Part shown: positions 55,866-64,000 of the stretch, piece by piece | How positions within the stretch are numbered: position 1 is the stretch's first letter | Layout: every line of letters begins with the position of its first letter | Source: Anaerolinea sp. | GTDB lineage: Bacteria > Chloroflexota > Anaerolineae > Anaerolineales > Anaerolineaceae | Assembly (NCBI GenBank): GCA_029975055.1 | Contig: JARKPU010000055.1 | Span: forward strand, 17,251-81,250 | Reading direction: 5' to 3' | Length of the DNA: 64,000 nucleotides | The notes under the pieces: generated by a model | Databases searched by the model: none | What the model saw: only the letters and a program-made list of their open reading frames with translations | Told to the model about the DNA's origin: nothing | Program-made: the position numbers and the translations under genes

Positions 55866-56255
55866 ATGCCTTCCGCGATTCGCTTGAAACGCATCTCCGA
55901 CCAGATCAAAGAAGACCTGTCGGAAATGCTCGTCCGTGAAATTGCCGACCCCCGCCTGAGCGGTATCTCGGTGACGGATGTCAGGGTCGACCGCGAGCTG
56001 GCCTTCGCCGACGTGTTTGTCTCGGCGGTCGAAGGCCAGGCGCGCAGCAAAGAGGTGCTCGCCGGGCTGCAGCACGCCGCCGGCTTTTTGCGCTCGGCGC
56101 TGGCCGGCCGCATCGAACTGCGCACCTTCCCGCGCCTGCGCTTTCACTGGGACCCAACCCCCGAGCGCGCCGACCACATCGAGCGCCTGCTGGCCTCGCT
56201 GCGCGGCGAAGAGACCCCCGCCAGGCCTGAGGAAGACCTGCCTGCCGATGAGTGA
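55866..56255 (+). CDS. rbfA: Ribosome-binding factor A
   Basis: DPRLSGISVTDVRVDRELAFADV, LRTFPRLRFHWD. Confidence 0.93.
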   Translation: MPSAIRLKRISDQIKEDLSEMLVREIADPRLSGISVTDVRVDRELAFADVFVSAVEGQARSKEVLAGLQHAAGFLRSALAGRIELRTFPRLRFHWDPTPERADHIERLLASLRGEETPARPEEDLPADE

Positions 56256-57222
56256 ACCGGCCCCTTCGCTCCACGCACGCATCGCCTCCGAGCTGCACGC
56301 TGCAGGCCGCATCCTGGCCGTCTCGCACGTGCGCCCCGATGGCGATGCCGTGGGGGCTTTGCTGGGCTTCGGCCTCAGCCTGCAGGCTGCCGGCAAACAG
56401 GTGCAGATGGTCCTCGCCGATGGCGTCCCCGCCGGATTGCGCCACCTGCCCTCCGCCGGGTTCATCCAGCGCCGCGCCAAAGGCGATTTCGACTACGCGG
56501 TGGTGCTGGACGCATCAGACCTGGAGCGCACCGGCAAGGCCCTGGGGGGCCGCCCGGCCGACTTGAACATCGACCACCACGTCACCAACCTCCAGTTTGC
56601 CCGCCTCAACCTGGTGGAGCCTGGCGCCGTCGCCACCAGCGCCATCCTGGCAGAGCACCTGCCGCGCTGGGGCTTCGCCATCGGATTGGAGGCCGCTTCA
56701 GCCTTGCTTACCGGGATTATCACCGATACAATAGGATTTCGGACCTCTAATATGACCCCCGCCGCGCTGCGGCTGGCAGCCAACTTGATGGAGTGCGGCG
56801 CCAACCTGCCGGAGCTTTACCGCGCGGGGCTTGGCCAGAAAAGCTTCGAGGCCGCCCGCTACTGGGGCGCGGGGTTGACCCGCCTCCAGCGCGATGGAAA
56901 ACTAATTTGGACGACGTTGTACCTTTCAGACCGCCAGTCTGTGGGGTACAATGGGAACGATGATGCCGATCTCGTTAACTTCTTAAGCTCTACCGATGGC
57001 GACGTGGTCGTGCTTTTCAATGAACAAAACGGCGGGAAGGTAAAAGTTAGCTGGCGCGCCCGCCCGTCATTGGATGTTTCGGAGCTGGCCGTTCAGTTCG
57101 GCGGCGGTGGTCACCCGGCCGCCGCCGGGGCCGAAATCCCCGGGACGGTCGCCGACGTGCAGGAAAAAGTATTAGAGGTAACGCGGGCTTTCCTGGCCGC
57201 CCAGGCAGGCAGCCTGAAATGA
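56248..57222 (+). CDS. nrnA: DHH/DHHA1 oligoribonuclease / pAp phosphatase
   Basis: SHVRPDGDA, VVLD, IDHH, TDT, SWRAR, GGGGHPAAAG; the start overlaps the rbfA end. Confidence 0.85.
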   Translation: MSEPAPSLHARIASELHAAGRILAVSHVRPDGDAVGALLGFGLSLQAAGKQVQMVLADGVPAGLRHLPSAGFIQRRAKGDFDYAVVLDASDLERTGKALGGRPADLNIDHHVTNLQFARLNLVEPGAVATSAILAEHLPRWGFAIGLEAASALLTGIITDTIGFRTSNMTPAALRLAANLMECGANLPELYRAGLGQKSFEAARYWGAGLTRLQRDGKLIWTTLYLSDRQSVGYNGNDDADLVNFLSSTDGDVVVLFNEQNGGKVKVSWRARPSLDVSELAVQFGGGGHPAAAGAEIPGTVADVQEKVLEVTRAFLAAQAGSLK

Positions 57223-57328
57223 CCAAGATCGTCCCTTCTTTTGTCAATACGAGGGGTATCCCTCTTAACCGGATGCGGAAAAAACTTTGCGGCATTGGCG
57301 CCGCGATTGGGGAGTAGATGTTGGTTCT

Positions 57329-58240
57329 ATGAACGACAACCAGGTTGACGTCAGAAACGCCATTTCTGGGGTGCTGGTTGTGGACAAACCCGTCGGGCTT
57401 ACCAGCCATGACGTGGTTCAAATCATCCGCAAAGGCACCAATATCCAGCGGGCCGGTCACACCGGCACCTTAGACCCGCGCGCCTCAGGCGTGCTGGTGG
57501 TGCTCATCGGCCCGGCCGTCCGTCTCAGCCAGTATGTTTCGGCATCCGATAAGCGTTACCAGGCCATCCTGCACCTGGGCGCCACCACCGATACGTACGA
57601 CGCAGACGGGAAAGTCACCCGCTCGAGGCCGGTTGAGCATATCACCGAGGAGCAGTTCGAAGAGGCCCTCTCGAAGTTCGTCGGTGAGATCGAACAGGTG
57701 CCCCCGCCCTACTCCGCCGTCAAGGTGAAGGGGCGCAAGGCCTACGAGATGGCCCGCCAGGGCGAGGAAGTGGACCTCACCCCGCGCAAGATCAAGGTCT
57801 ATAACCTTGAGCTGCTCGAGTGGGCTCCGCCGGAGGCCGTCATTGACGTGTACTGCTCCTCGGGCACCTACGTGCGCTCGCTGGCCTATGACCTGGGCGA
57901 AGCCCTGGGCTGCGGCGCGCACCTGGTGGGGCTGCGGCGCACCAAGAGCGGGCGCTTCACCCTGCGCGATGCCGTGCCGCTGCGCAAGCTCAGGGACGCG
58001 TTCGAGGAAGGCAACTGGTATCAATACGTCATCCCGGCGGCCGAGGCCCTTTCGGATTGGCCCGCGCTGGAGTTGGACGAGCAGCAGATCGAAGAGATTC
58101 GCCACGGCCACCGCATCCCCGCCGAACCGGGCAGCCCGCCGCAGGTGCGCGGCATCAGCGCCATGGGTGAATTGGTGGCGCTGTTAGACTTCGACCCGGC
58201 GGCCAACCAGTGGCAGCCAAGAAAGGTCTTCTTCTCTTAG
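57329..58240 (+). CDS. truB: tRNA pseudouridine(55) synthase
   Basis: VDKPVGLTSHDVV, GHTGTLDP, PPPYSAVK, CSSGTYVRSLA. Confidence 0.95.
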   Translation: MNDNQVDVRNAISGVLVVDKPVGLTSHDVVQIIRKGTNIQRAGHTGTLDPRASGVLVVLIGPAVRLSQYVSASDKRYQAILHLGATTDTYDADGKVTRSRPVEHITEEQFEEALSKFVGEIEQVPPPYSAVKVKGRKAYEMARQGEEVDLTPRKIKVYNLELLEWAPPEAVIDVYCSSGTYVRSLAYDLGEALGCGAHLVGLRRTKSGRFTLRDAVPLRKLRDAFEEGNWYQYVIPAAEALSDWPALELDEQQIEEIRHGHRIPAEPGSPPQVRGISAMGELVALLDFDPAANQWQPRKVFFS

Positions 58241-58244
58241 CTTC

Positions 58245-59174
58245 ATGCAGCATTACCGGTCGTTCGACGGCGTCAACCTTCAGGGCGCGTGGGCCAGCGT
58301 GGGAACCTTCGACGGAGTCCACCGCGGCCACCGCGCCCTCTTGGAGCCGATGGCTGAGGCCGCCCACGCCGCCGGCGCGCCCGCTGCCGTGGTGACCTTC
58401 TTCCCCCATCCGGCCGTCGTCCTGCGCGGGCTGCAAAGCCCCCATTACCTCACCTCGCCGGAGGAACGCGCTGCGCTGCTCGGCCAGGCAGGCATCGATG
58501 TGGTGGTGACGCTCGAATTCACCCGCGCTCTGGCGGCGCTCGGCGCGCGCGAGTTCATCACCCTGCTCAAGGAACACCTGGGTCTGCGCCGGTTATGGGC
58601 CGGGCCCGATTTCGCCCTCGGCCGCAACCGCGAGGGCAGCCTGCCCGTGCTGGAGCAGCTTGGGCGCGAACTGGGCTTCTCGCTCCACAGCGTCGAGGCG
58701 CTCGACCTGGACGGCAGGCAGGTTTCCTCCAGCCAGGTGCGCGCCTTGTTGGCCGAAGGCCGCGTGCGCGAAGCCGCGGAACTGCTCGGCCGCAATTACT
58801 CGGTGAGCGGCCCGGTGGTGCACGGAGACGGGCGCGGGCACGGCATCGGCATCCCCACCGCCAACATCGCGACGTGGAATCAAAAAATCCTCCCTCTCAA
58901 CGGCATCTATGCCTGCTGGGTTCACCTGGATGGCACGCGCATCGCGGCGGCCACCAATGTGGGCCTGCGCCCCACCTTCCCCGATACGCCCCCCGCGCCG
59001 CGCGTGGAAGCGCACCTGCTCGACTTCCACGGCGACCTGTACGGCCGGCACCTCGAGCTGGAATTCGTCGAGTTCCTGCGCCCCGAGGAGCGCTTCGACA
59101 CGATCGCGGCCCTGGTTGACCAGATCCACGCCGATATCCGGACCACCGCGGAGGTACTCACGCATGAGCGCTAA
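58245..59174 (+). CDS. ribF: Bifunctional riboflavin kinase / FAD synthetase
   Basis: GTFDGVHRGH, TFFPHP, GPDFALG, GIPTANI, NVGLRPTF, EAHLLDF. Confidence 0.95.
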   Translation: MQHYRSFDGVNLQGAWASVGTFDGVHRGHRALLEPMAEAAHAAGAPAAVVTFFPHPAVVLRGLQSPHYLTSPEERAALLGQAGIDVVVTLEFTRALAALGAREFITLLKEHLGLRRLWAGPDFALGRNREGSLPVLEQLGRELGFSLHSVEALDLDGRQVSSSQVRALLAEGRVREAAELLGRNYSVSGPVVHGDGRGHGIGIPTANIATWNQKILPLNGIYACWVHLDGTRIAAATNVGLRPTFPDTPPAPRVEAHLLDFHGDLYGRHLELEFVEFLRPEERFDTIAALVDQIHADIRTTAEVLTHER

Positions 59175-60609
59175 GCGCGAAATCTACCTGCTAGACCCGA
59201 TGGACCTGCCACCCGAGACGATCGCGGTGGCTTTTGCTAAAACCAGCCGTTCGCCGCAGTCCTTCCGGCAGATCGCCGCCGAGCTGACCAACGAGAAGAG
59301 TGCCGAGTTTCACGAAAAGTGGGTCGTCGGCTACGGGCATGCTTCGGTGGCCGAGCACGCCATGCTGCACATCGCGGTGGAAAATATCTCGCGCCTGGCG
59401 GTGGAATGCCTCGAATCCAACCGCCTGGCCTCCTACACCGAAAAATCCACCCGCTACCAGAAGTGGGGCCGCGAAGATTTCCTCACCCCGCCCGAACTGG
59501 AAGAGCACCCCCTGCGCGGCATGTACGAAGACACCCTGGGCCTCCTCTTCGAGACCTACCTGGAATCGCTCGGGCCGGTGCGCGAGGTCATCGCCGCCCA
59601 GGCGCAGCGCAAAGAGGGCGAATCAGACGGAGCTTTCGACCGGCGCATCCGCTCGGAATACGTGGATGTGTGCCGCTTTCTGCTCCCGGCCGCCGCGCTG
59701 GCCAACGTGGGCATGACGATCAACGCCCGCGCGCTCGAGCACGCCCTGCGCAAGATGCTCTCGCACCCGCTCGAGGAAGTGCGCCAGATGGGCGCGGAGA
59801 TGAAGCGCGTGGCCGAGTCGCGCCTGCCAACCTTGATCAAGTACGTCGAGCCGGTGCCTTACCTGAGCGCAGCTGCGCACGCCCTCGAACAGGCCGCCGC
59901 GGGCCTGCCCGCCGCCGCCCCCGGCGAGGATTGGTGCCGCCTGGAAGCCTGCGGCGAACAGGGCGAAGAGAGCGTGCTGGCGGCGGCGCTCTACCGCTTT
60001 GGCGCCTCCAGCTATACGCAGGCCCTCGAGCGCGTGCGCGGCGCCTCGGCTGCCGAACGAGAGGCTATCGCCGAAGCGCTGCTGGGCGTGCGCAAAAAGC
60101 ACGATATCCCCCTGCGCGAGCTGGAATATGCCGCTTACACGGTGGATCTCACCCTCGACCAGGGCGGTTACTTCGAGCTTAAGCGCCACCGCATGATGAC
60201 TCAAACCCCGCAGGCGCTTTCCACCCTGCTGGGCTACGCCCTCCCGCGCGCCATCGTCGAAGCCGGCTTCGAAGCCCCCTACCGCAAGGCCATGAACGCC
60301 GCCCACGCCGCCTGGACACGCCTGCACGCCGTGCTGCCGCAGGCGGCGGGCTACGTGGTGCCCAACGCGTATAACCGCCGCGTGCTGCTCCAAATGAACC
60401 TGCGCTCGGCCCTGCACCTGGTGAGCCTGCGCGGGGCCGCCAATGCGCACTTCTCCATCCGCCGGGCGGCGCAGCGCATCGCCGCGGAGATTCGCCGCGT
60501 TTCGCCCTTGCTCGGCAAATATGTGGTCATCGACACGCCCGAGACGTGGCAGTCCATCGAAGAACGCCACTTCGCCGGAACCGCCGAACAGCCCGCCCCG
60601 GCGGGCTGA
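59164..60609 (+). CDS. thyX: FAD-dependent thymidylate synthase with tandem Thy1 domains
   Basis: YGHASVAEHA, ESNRLASYTEKSTRY, DVCRFLLP, ELKRHRMMTQ, YVVPNAY; the start overlaps the ribF stop. Confidence 0.85.
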   Translation: MSAKREIYLLDPMDLPPETIAVAFAKTSRSPQSFRQIAAELTNEKSAEFHEKWVVGYGHASVAEHAMLHIAVENISRLAVECLESNRLASYTEKSTRYQKWGREDFLTPPELEEHPLRGMYEDTLGLLFETYLESLGPVREVIAAQAQRKEGESDGAFDRRIRSEYVDVCRFLLPAAALANVGMTINARALEHALRKMLSHPLEEVRQMGAEMKRVAESRLPTLIKYVEPVPYLSAAAHALEQAAAGLPAAAPGEDWCRLEACGEQGEESVLAAALYRFGASSYTQALERVRGASAAEREAIAEALLGVRKKHDIPLRELEYAAYTVDLTLDQGGYFELKRHRMMTQTPQALSTLLGYALPRAIVEAGFEAPYRKAMNAAHAAWTRLHAVLPQAAGYVVPNAYNRRVLLQMNLRSALHLVSLRGAANAHFSIRRAAQRIAAEIRRVSPLLGKYVVIDTPETWQSIEERHFAGTAEQPAPAG

Positions 60610-60630
60610 CCCTGCTCGCTGCGGGATCGT

Positions 60631-60691
60631 GTGTATCGTTTCCTGTAAATCAGGGGGCAAGCCCCACAATTTACACGAAAACTGGAACACT
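60631..60691. repeat. 61-nt palindromic element, copy 1
   Basis: GTGTATCGTTTCCTGTAAATCAGGGGGCAAGCCCCACAATTTACACGAAAACTGGAACACT. Confidence 0.75.
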
Positions 60692-60747
60692 TTCCGCTGC
60701 GGGAACGGTGGAGGGGGGCTTCTCAACCCGCAAGGGAGGCCGGATAC

Positions 60748-61719
60748 ATGCTGAAGGTGTTTCTCGCCCTTTTCTGGAATTCAAACCAGCGCCGGCTGCG
60801 CGCGCTCTGGCGCCTGGGCCTGCAAACCCTGGCAATGGTGGTGCTCCTTGGCCTGTCGCAGCTCGTCCCGGCGGGTTTTGCGCGCCTGGGCTTCCAGGAT
60901 AACCGCCCGGCGCTGGCCGCCTCGGTGCTGGCCTCCGCCGCGGCCATCACCCTCTCTGTGGCGCTTGCCGGCCGGCTGCTCGACAGGCGCCCCTTTGCAC
61001 ACTTCGGCCTGCGCTTCTCGCCCGCCTGGTGGGGAGATTTTGCCTTTGGCCTCGCGCTTGGAGCGGGCCTGATGGCGCTGATCTTCCTCGTCGAGCGCGC
61101 CGCCGGCTGGGTGAGCGTCGCCGGGTATTTCAACTCGGGCGGGCATTCCTTCGCCGGGGTGATCTGGCTGCCCGCGCTGGCGTACATCTGCGTGGGCATC
61201 CAGGAAGAGCTTGCGGCGCGCGGCTACCTGCTGCGCAACCTGGCCGAAGGCCTGAACTTCAAACCCCTCGGCCCGCGCCGCGCCCTCCTGGCGGCATACC
61301 TGCTTTCCTCGCTGATCTTCGGCTTCCTGCACGCCGCCAACCCCAACGCCACCCTGCTCAGCTCGCTGCTCGTCGCCTGCGCGGGGTTGTTCCTCGGGCT
61401 GGGGTTCATCCTCACCGGCGAGCTGGCCATTCCCATCGGCCTGCACATCGCCTGGAACTTCTTCCAGGGCAACGTCTTCGGCTTCCCCGTCAGCGGAACC
61501 TCGGCCGGCCCGAGCGTGATCGCCATCCGCCAGGCCGGGCCGGTTTGGGCCACCGGCGGCGCCTTTGGGCCAGAAGCCGGGGTCATCGGGCTGGGAGCCG
61601 TCTTGCTGGGCTGCCTGCTCACGCTTGCCTGGCTGCGCCTGCGCCGGGGCAGCCTGAGCCTGCACGCCCCTCTGGCAGAGTATAATCCTGTGCATGGAAA
61701 GCAAAATGACCCAGTCTGA
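60748..61719 (+). CDS. CPBP (Abi/CAAX-like) intramembrane glutamic endopeptidase
   Basis: QEELAARGY, FGFLHAANP, IGLHIAWNFFQG. Confidence 0.88.
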   Translation: MLKVFLALFWNSNQRRLRALWRLGLQTLAMVVLLGLSQLVPAGFARLGFQDNRPALAASVLASAAAITLSVALAGRLLDRRPFAHFGLRFSPAWWGDFAFGLALGAGLMALIFLVERAAGWVSVAGYFNSGGHSFAGVIWLPALAYICVGIQEELAARGYLLRNLAEGLNFKPLGPRRALLAAYLLSSLIFGFLHAANPNATLLSSLLVACAGLFLGLGFILTGELAIPIGLHIAWNFFQGNVFGFPVSGTSAGPSVIAIRQAGPVWATGGAFGPEAGVIGLGAVLLGCLLTLAWLRLRRGSLSLHAPLAEYNPVHGKQNDPV

Positions 61720-62194
61720 GCTGGTGGCGCGCATCCGCGCCGGGCGCCAGGTGCTCCTCGCTGTGCTGGCGCGCGTTCCGCCCGCCGAGCGTGAAACCCC
61801 CGGGGCGATGGGCGAATGGTCGGTCAAAGACACCATCGTGCACCTCAACTACTGGGGCGGGCAGCTCGTCACGCTGCTCTACCAGGTGCGCAGCGGGCAG
61901 ACCCCCGCCACCCTCAGCGTGGCTCCCGATTTGGACGTGGAAGCCGTTAACCGGCGCTGGCACGCCCAGGGCAAGAACCGCCCCTGGGAAGCCGCCTGGA
62001 GCGACTTCAACGGCATCCACGCCCAGGTCATCCGGCGGGTGAAGGAGTTCAGCGACGCAGAGCTCAACTCCACCACAATCGAGCCCAAGCTGCGCGGCCG
62101 CCCGCTGTGGAGCTGGGTCGCCGCCGATACCTACGACCACGACGAAGAACACGCCCGCGCCATCCTGGCCTGGCTGGAAGCCAAAGGCCTTTGA
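61694..62194 (+). CDS. DinB-like four-helix bundle protein (ClbS/DfsB/DUF1706-like)
   Basis: WSVKDTIVHLNYW, DTYDHDEEH; TATAAT 7 nt before ATG 61694. Confidence 0.75.
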   Translation: MESKMTQSELVARIRAGRQVLLAVLARVPPAERETPGAMGEWSVKDTIVHLNYWGGQLVTLLYQVRSGQTPATLSVAPDLDVEAVNRRWHAQGKNRPWEAAWSDFNGIHAQVIRRVKEFSDAELNSTTIEPKLRGRPLWSWVAADTYDHDEEHARAILAWLEAKGL

Positions 62195-62337
62195 ACCCCC
62201 GCCCGGCCGGGGCCGGTTTTCCTTCCACCCACCCGGCCGCCTGGAACGTTCATTGCACACCCTGCAAGCAACGGAAAAAAATACACCCACGAGCCATGCA
62301 TGGAACCAATTCGAGCAGAGGGCCGTCTTAGGACCAT

Positions 62338-62399
62338 GTGTAGCTTTTTCTGTAAGTTGAGGGGCAAGCCCCACAATTTACAGGAAAAATAGAAACACT
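62338..62399. repeat. 62-nt palindromic element, copy 2
   Basis: GTGTAGCTTTTTCTGTAAGTTGAGGGGCAAGCCCCACAATTTACAGGAAAAATAGAAACACT. Confidence 0.75.
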
Positions 62400-62477
62400 A
62401 TCCATCTTAGCTGCACAGTCCCTCATCAAGAGCGTATTTTGCGTTTGCCTGTCTGTTTATGCTAAAATCGATCCAGG

Positions 62478-64000
62478 ATGATGACAAACCAACCCGACCC
62501 GACCCCTGGCGACGCGGAGGATGAGAACACCCCCGGCCGCCGGCTGCGCAAGTTGATCGAAGCCGGCCAGCAGGCCGAAGAAGAAGCCCGGCAGCAAGAA
62601 CTCCCTGCTTCCGAGCCAGCCCCGCCCCCGTCTGCCTTCCCGCCCGCTTCAGCCGAACCCCCCACCCAGGAACCGCCTGCCCCCGCCGCCGAGGATGCTT
62701 TCATCCCGCCGCTGCCGCCCAGGCATGCCATCGACCCCGACGCGCCGACCATCCCGCCGCTGCCGCCCGAGCCGCCCCTCGGCGAAGGCGCCACGCCGCC
62801 GCGCGCCGACCCCCTGGCGAATACCCCCTTTGACGACCGCACCATCCCCGCCGGTTCCGATGCCACCCCGCCCGCCCGGCATGCCGCGCCGCCCTTCGAC
62901 TTCACCAGCGACGAGAGCCTGCTCCCCCGCCATGTCGAAGAGGTGGACCCCGACTCCACCCAGGTGACCGCCTCGGCTTACCAGCACAACGGCATCTCCG
63001 GCCAGCCGCCCGCCGATAGCACGCAGCCCACCCGCCCGGTGCAGCCGCCTGCCTACCAGGCCGAAGGCCCCGCGGCCAGGGCGCAGCGCAGGCACATCAT
63101 CGCCCAGCAGCGCGCCCAACAGCAGGTTCATCCTTACCCGGCGCAGGCCCCGGCGCGCCCTCTGCAGAAACCCGCCCGCCCGGCCCCTGCAGGGGCTTCC
63201 GGCTGGCGCACCGGCCTGGGCTGCCTGCTGCGCATGCTGCTGGTTTTCTTCATCGTGGTCATCCTCGTCGCCGGGGCGGGAGCCACCTTCCTGGTTTACC
63301 AGTATTTTTCCATCGCCCGCACCCTGCCGGATATTTCCAGCCTCGGCGAGCGCGCCTCGCAGTTCGAGACGACCCGCATCCTCGACCGCAACGGCAACGT
63401 GCTCTATGAAATCCTCGACCCCAACGCCGGGCGGCGCACTTACGTCTCGCTGGATAAAATCTCGCCCTATGTCGTCGCCGCCACCATCGCCACCGAGGAT
63501 AAAGAGTATTACAACCATCCCGGCTTCGATCCCATCGCCATCGCGCGCGCGTTTTGGTCTAACTACACCACCGGAGAAATCGTCTCCGGCGCGTCCACCA
63601 TCACCCAGCAGCTCGCGCGCATGCTCCTCCTCGGCCCCGAGGAGGCCTCGCAGCGCACCTACCAGCGCAAAGCCCGCGAGATCGTCCTGGCCGCCGAGTT
63701 GACCCGCCGCTACAGCAAGGATGAGATCCTCGAGCTGTTCCTCAACGAGAACAATTACGGCAACCTGGCTTACGGCATCGAAGCCGCCGCCGAAACCTAC
63801 TTCCACACCTCCGCCGATAAGCTCAACCTGGCCCAGGCGGCCTTCCTGGCCGGGCTGCCCCAGGCCCCGGCGGTGTATGATATCTACACCAACCGCGAAG
63901 AGACCCTGCGCCGCCACAAGCAGGTGCTGGTGCTGATGTACCAGCTCAGCAAAGAAAAGAACTGCATCGAGGTCTCCAACAACGTCCAGCCGGTCTGCGT
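62478..64000 (+). CDS. Class A penicillin-binding protein (PBP1A-like), partial, with long Pro/acidic N-terminal extension
   Basis: My translation gives about 240 low-complexity residues, a TM, then the canonical GT51 motifs ATEDKEYYNHPG, GASTITQQLAR, RKARE and KDEILELFLN; runs off the right edge. Confidence 0.9.
   Translation, partial: MMTNQPDPTPGDAEDENTPGRRLRKLIEAGQQAEEEARQQELPASEPAPPPSAFPPASAEPPTQEPPAPAAEDAFIPPLPPRHAIDPDAPTIPPLPPEPPLGEGATPPRADPLANTPFDDRTIPAGSDATPPARHAAPPFDFTSDESLLPRHVEEVDPDSTQVTASAYQHNGISGQPPADSTQPTRPVQPPAYQAEGPAARAQRRHIIAQQRAQQQVHPYPAQAPARPLQKPARPAPAGASGWRTGLGCLLRMLLVFFIVVILVAGAGATFLVYQYFSIARTLPDISSLGERASQFETTRILDRNGNVLYEILDPNAGRRTYVSLDKISPYVVAATIATEDKEYYNHPGFDPIAIARAFWSNYTTGEIVSGASTITQQLARMLLLGPEEASQRTYQRKAREIVLAAELTRRYSKDEILELFLNENNYGNLAYGIEAAAETYFHTSADKLNLAQAAFLAGLPQAPAVYDIYTNREETLRRHKQVLVLMYQLSKEKNCIEVSNNVQPVC

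Noticed and set aside
62195-62335. SRP or 6S RNA
   Set aside because: It contains GGAAGGAA on the minus strand but lacks the surrounding SRP helix-8 context, and no long central-bubble duplex is evident

Overview
GC-rich bacterial chromosomal window. Gene content and protein style (short IF-2, tandem ThyX, stand-alone V4R and roadblock proteins, many Thr/Pro-rich secreted proteins) fit Chloroflexota, probably Anaerolineae; this is inferred, not measured. About 55 CDSs are supported. They include an ALDH and CoA-transferase block, a LysM/TPR/PBP cell-envelope block, moaA, a thiolase, menA, a NitT/TauT-type ABC transporter, a roadblock-V4R-response regulator cluster, copper-related genes, an M32 peptidase, GH140 and GH29 glycosidases, a hexuronate cluster (uxaC, uxaE, SDR, HpcH aldolase, LarA-family epimerase, gnd), the nusA-ylxR-infB-rbfA-nrnA-truB-ribF-thyX operon and a partial class A PBP. 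I saw no rRNA, tRNA, CRISPR array or intact transposase. Best leads: (1) a GxxExxY nuclease gene plus a palindromic tandem-repeat tract lying between two CoA-transferase subunit genes, within a set of nested intergenic repeat families across the window; (2) a class A PBP that has lost its transglycosylase and transpeptidase catalytic residues, in an operon with a TPR membrane protein and divergent from a LysM lipoprotein; (3) a hexuronate route lacking UxuA that may run through a LarA-family epimerase into Gnd; (4) a roadblock + V4R + degenerate-GGDEF signalling module; (5) frequent leaderless-type promoters. All family assignments come from motif recognition by eye, without database searches.
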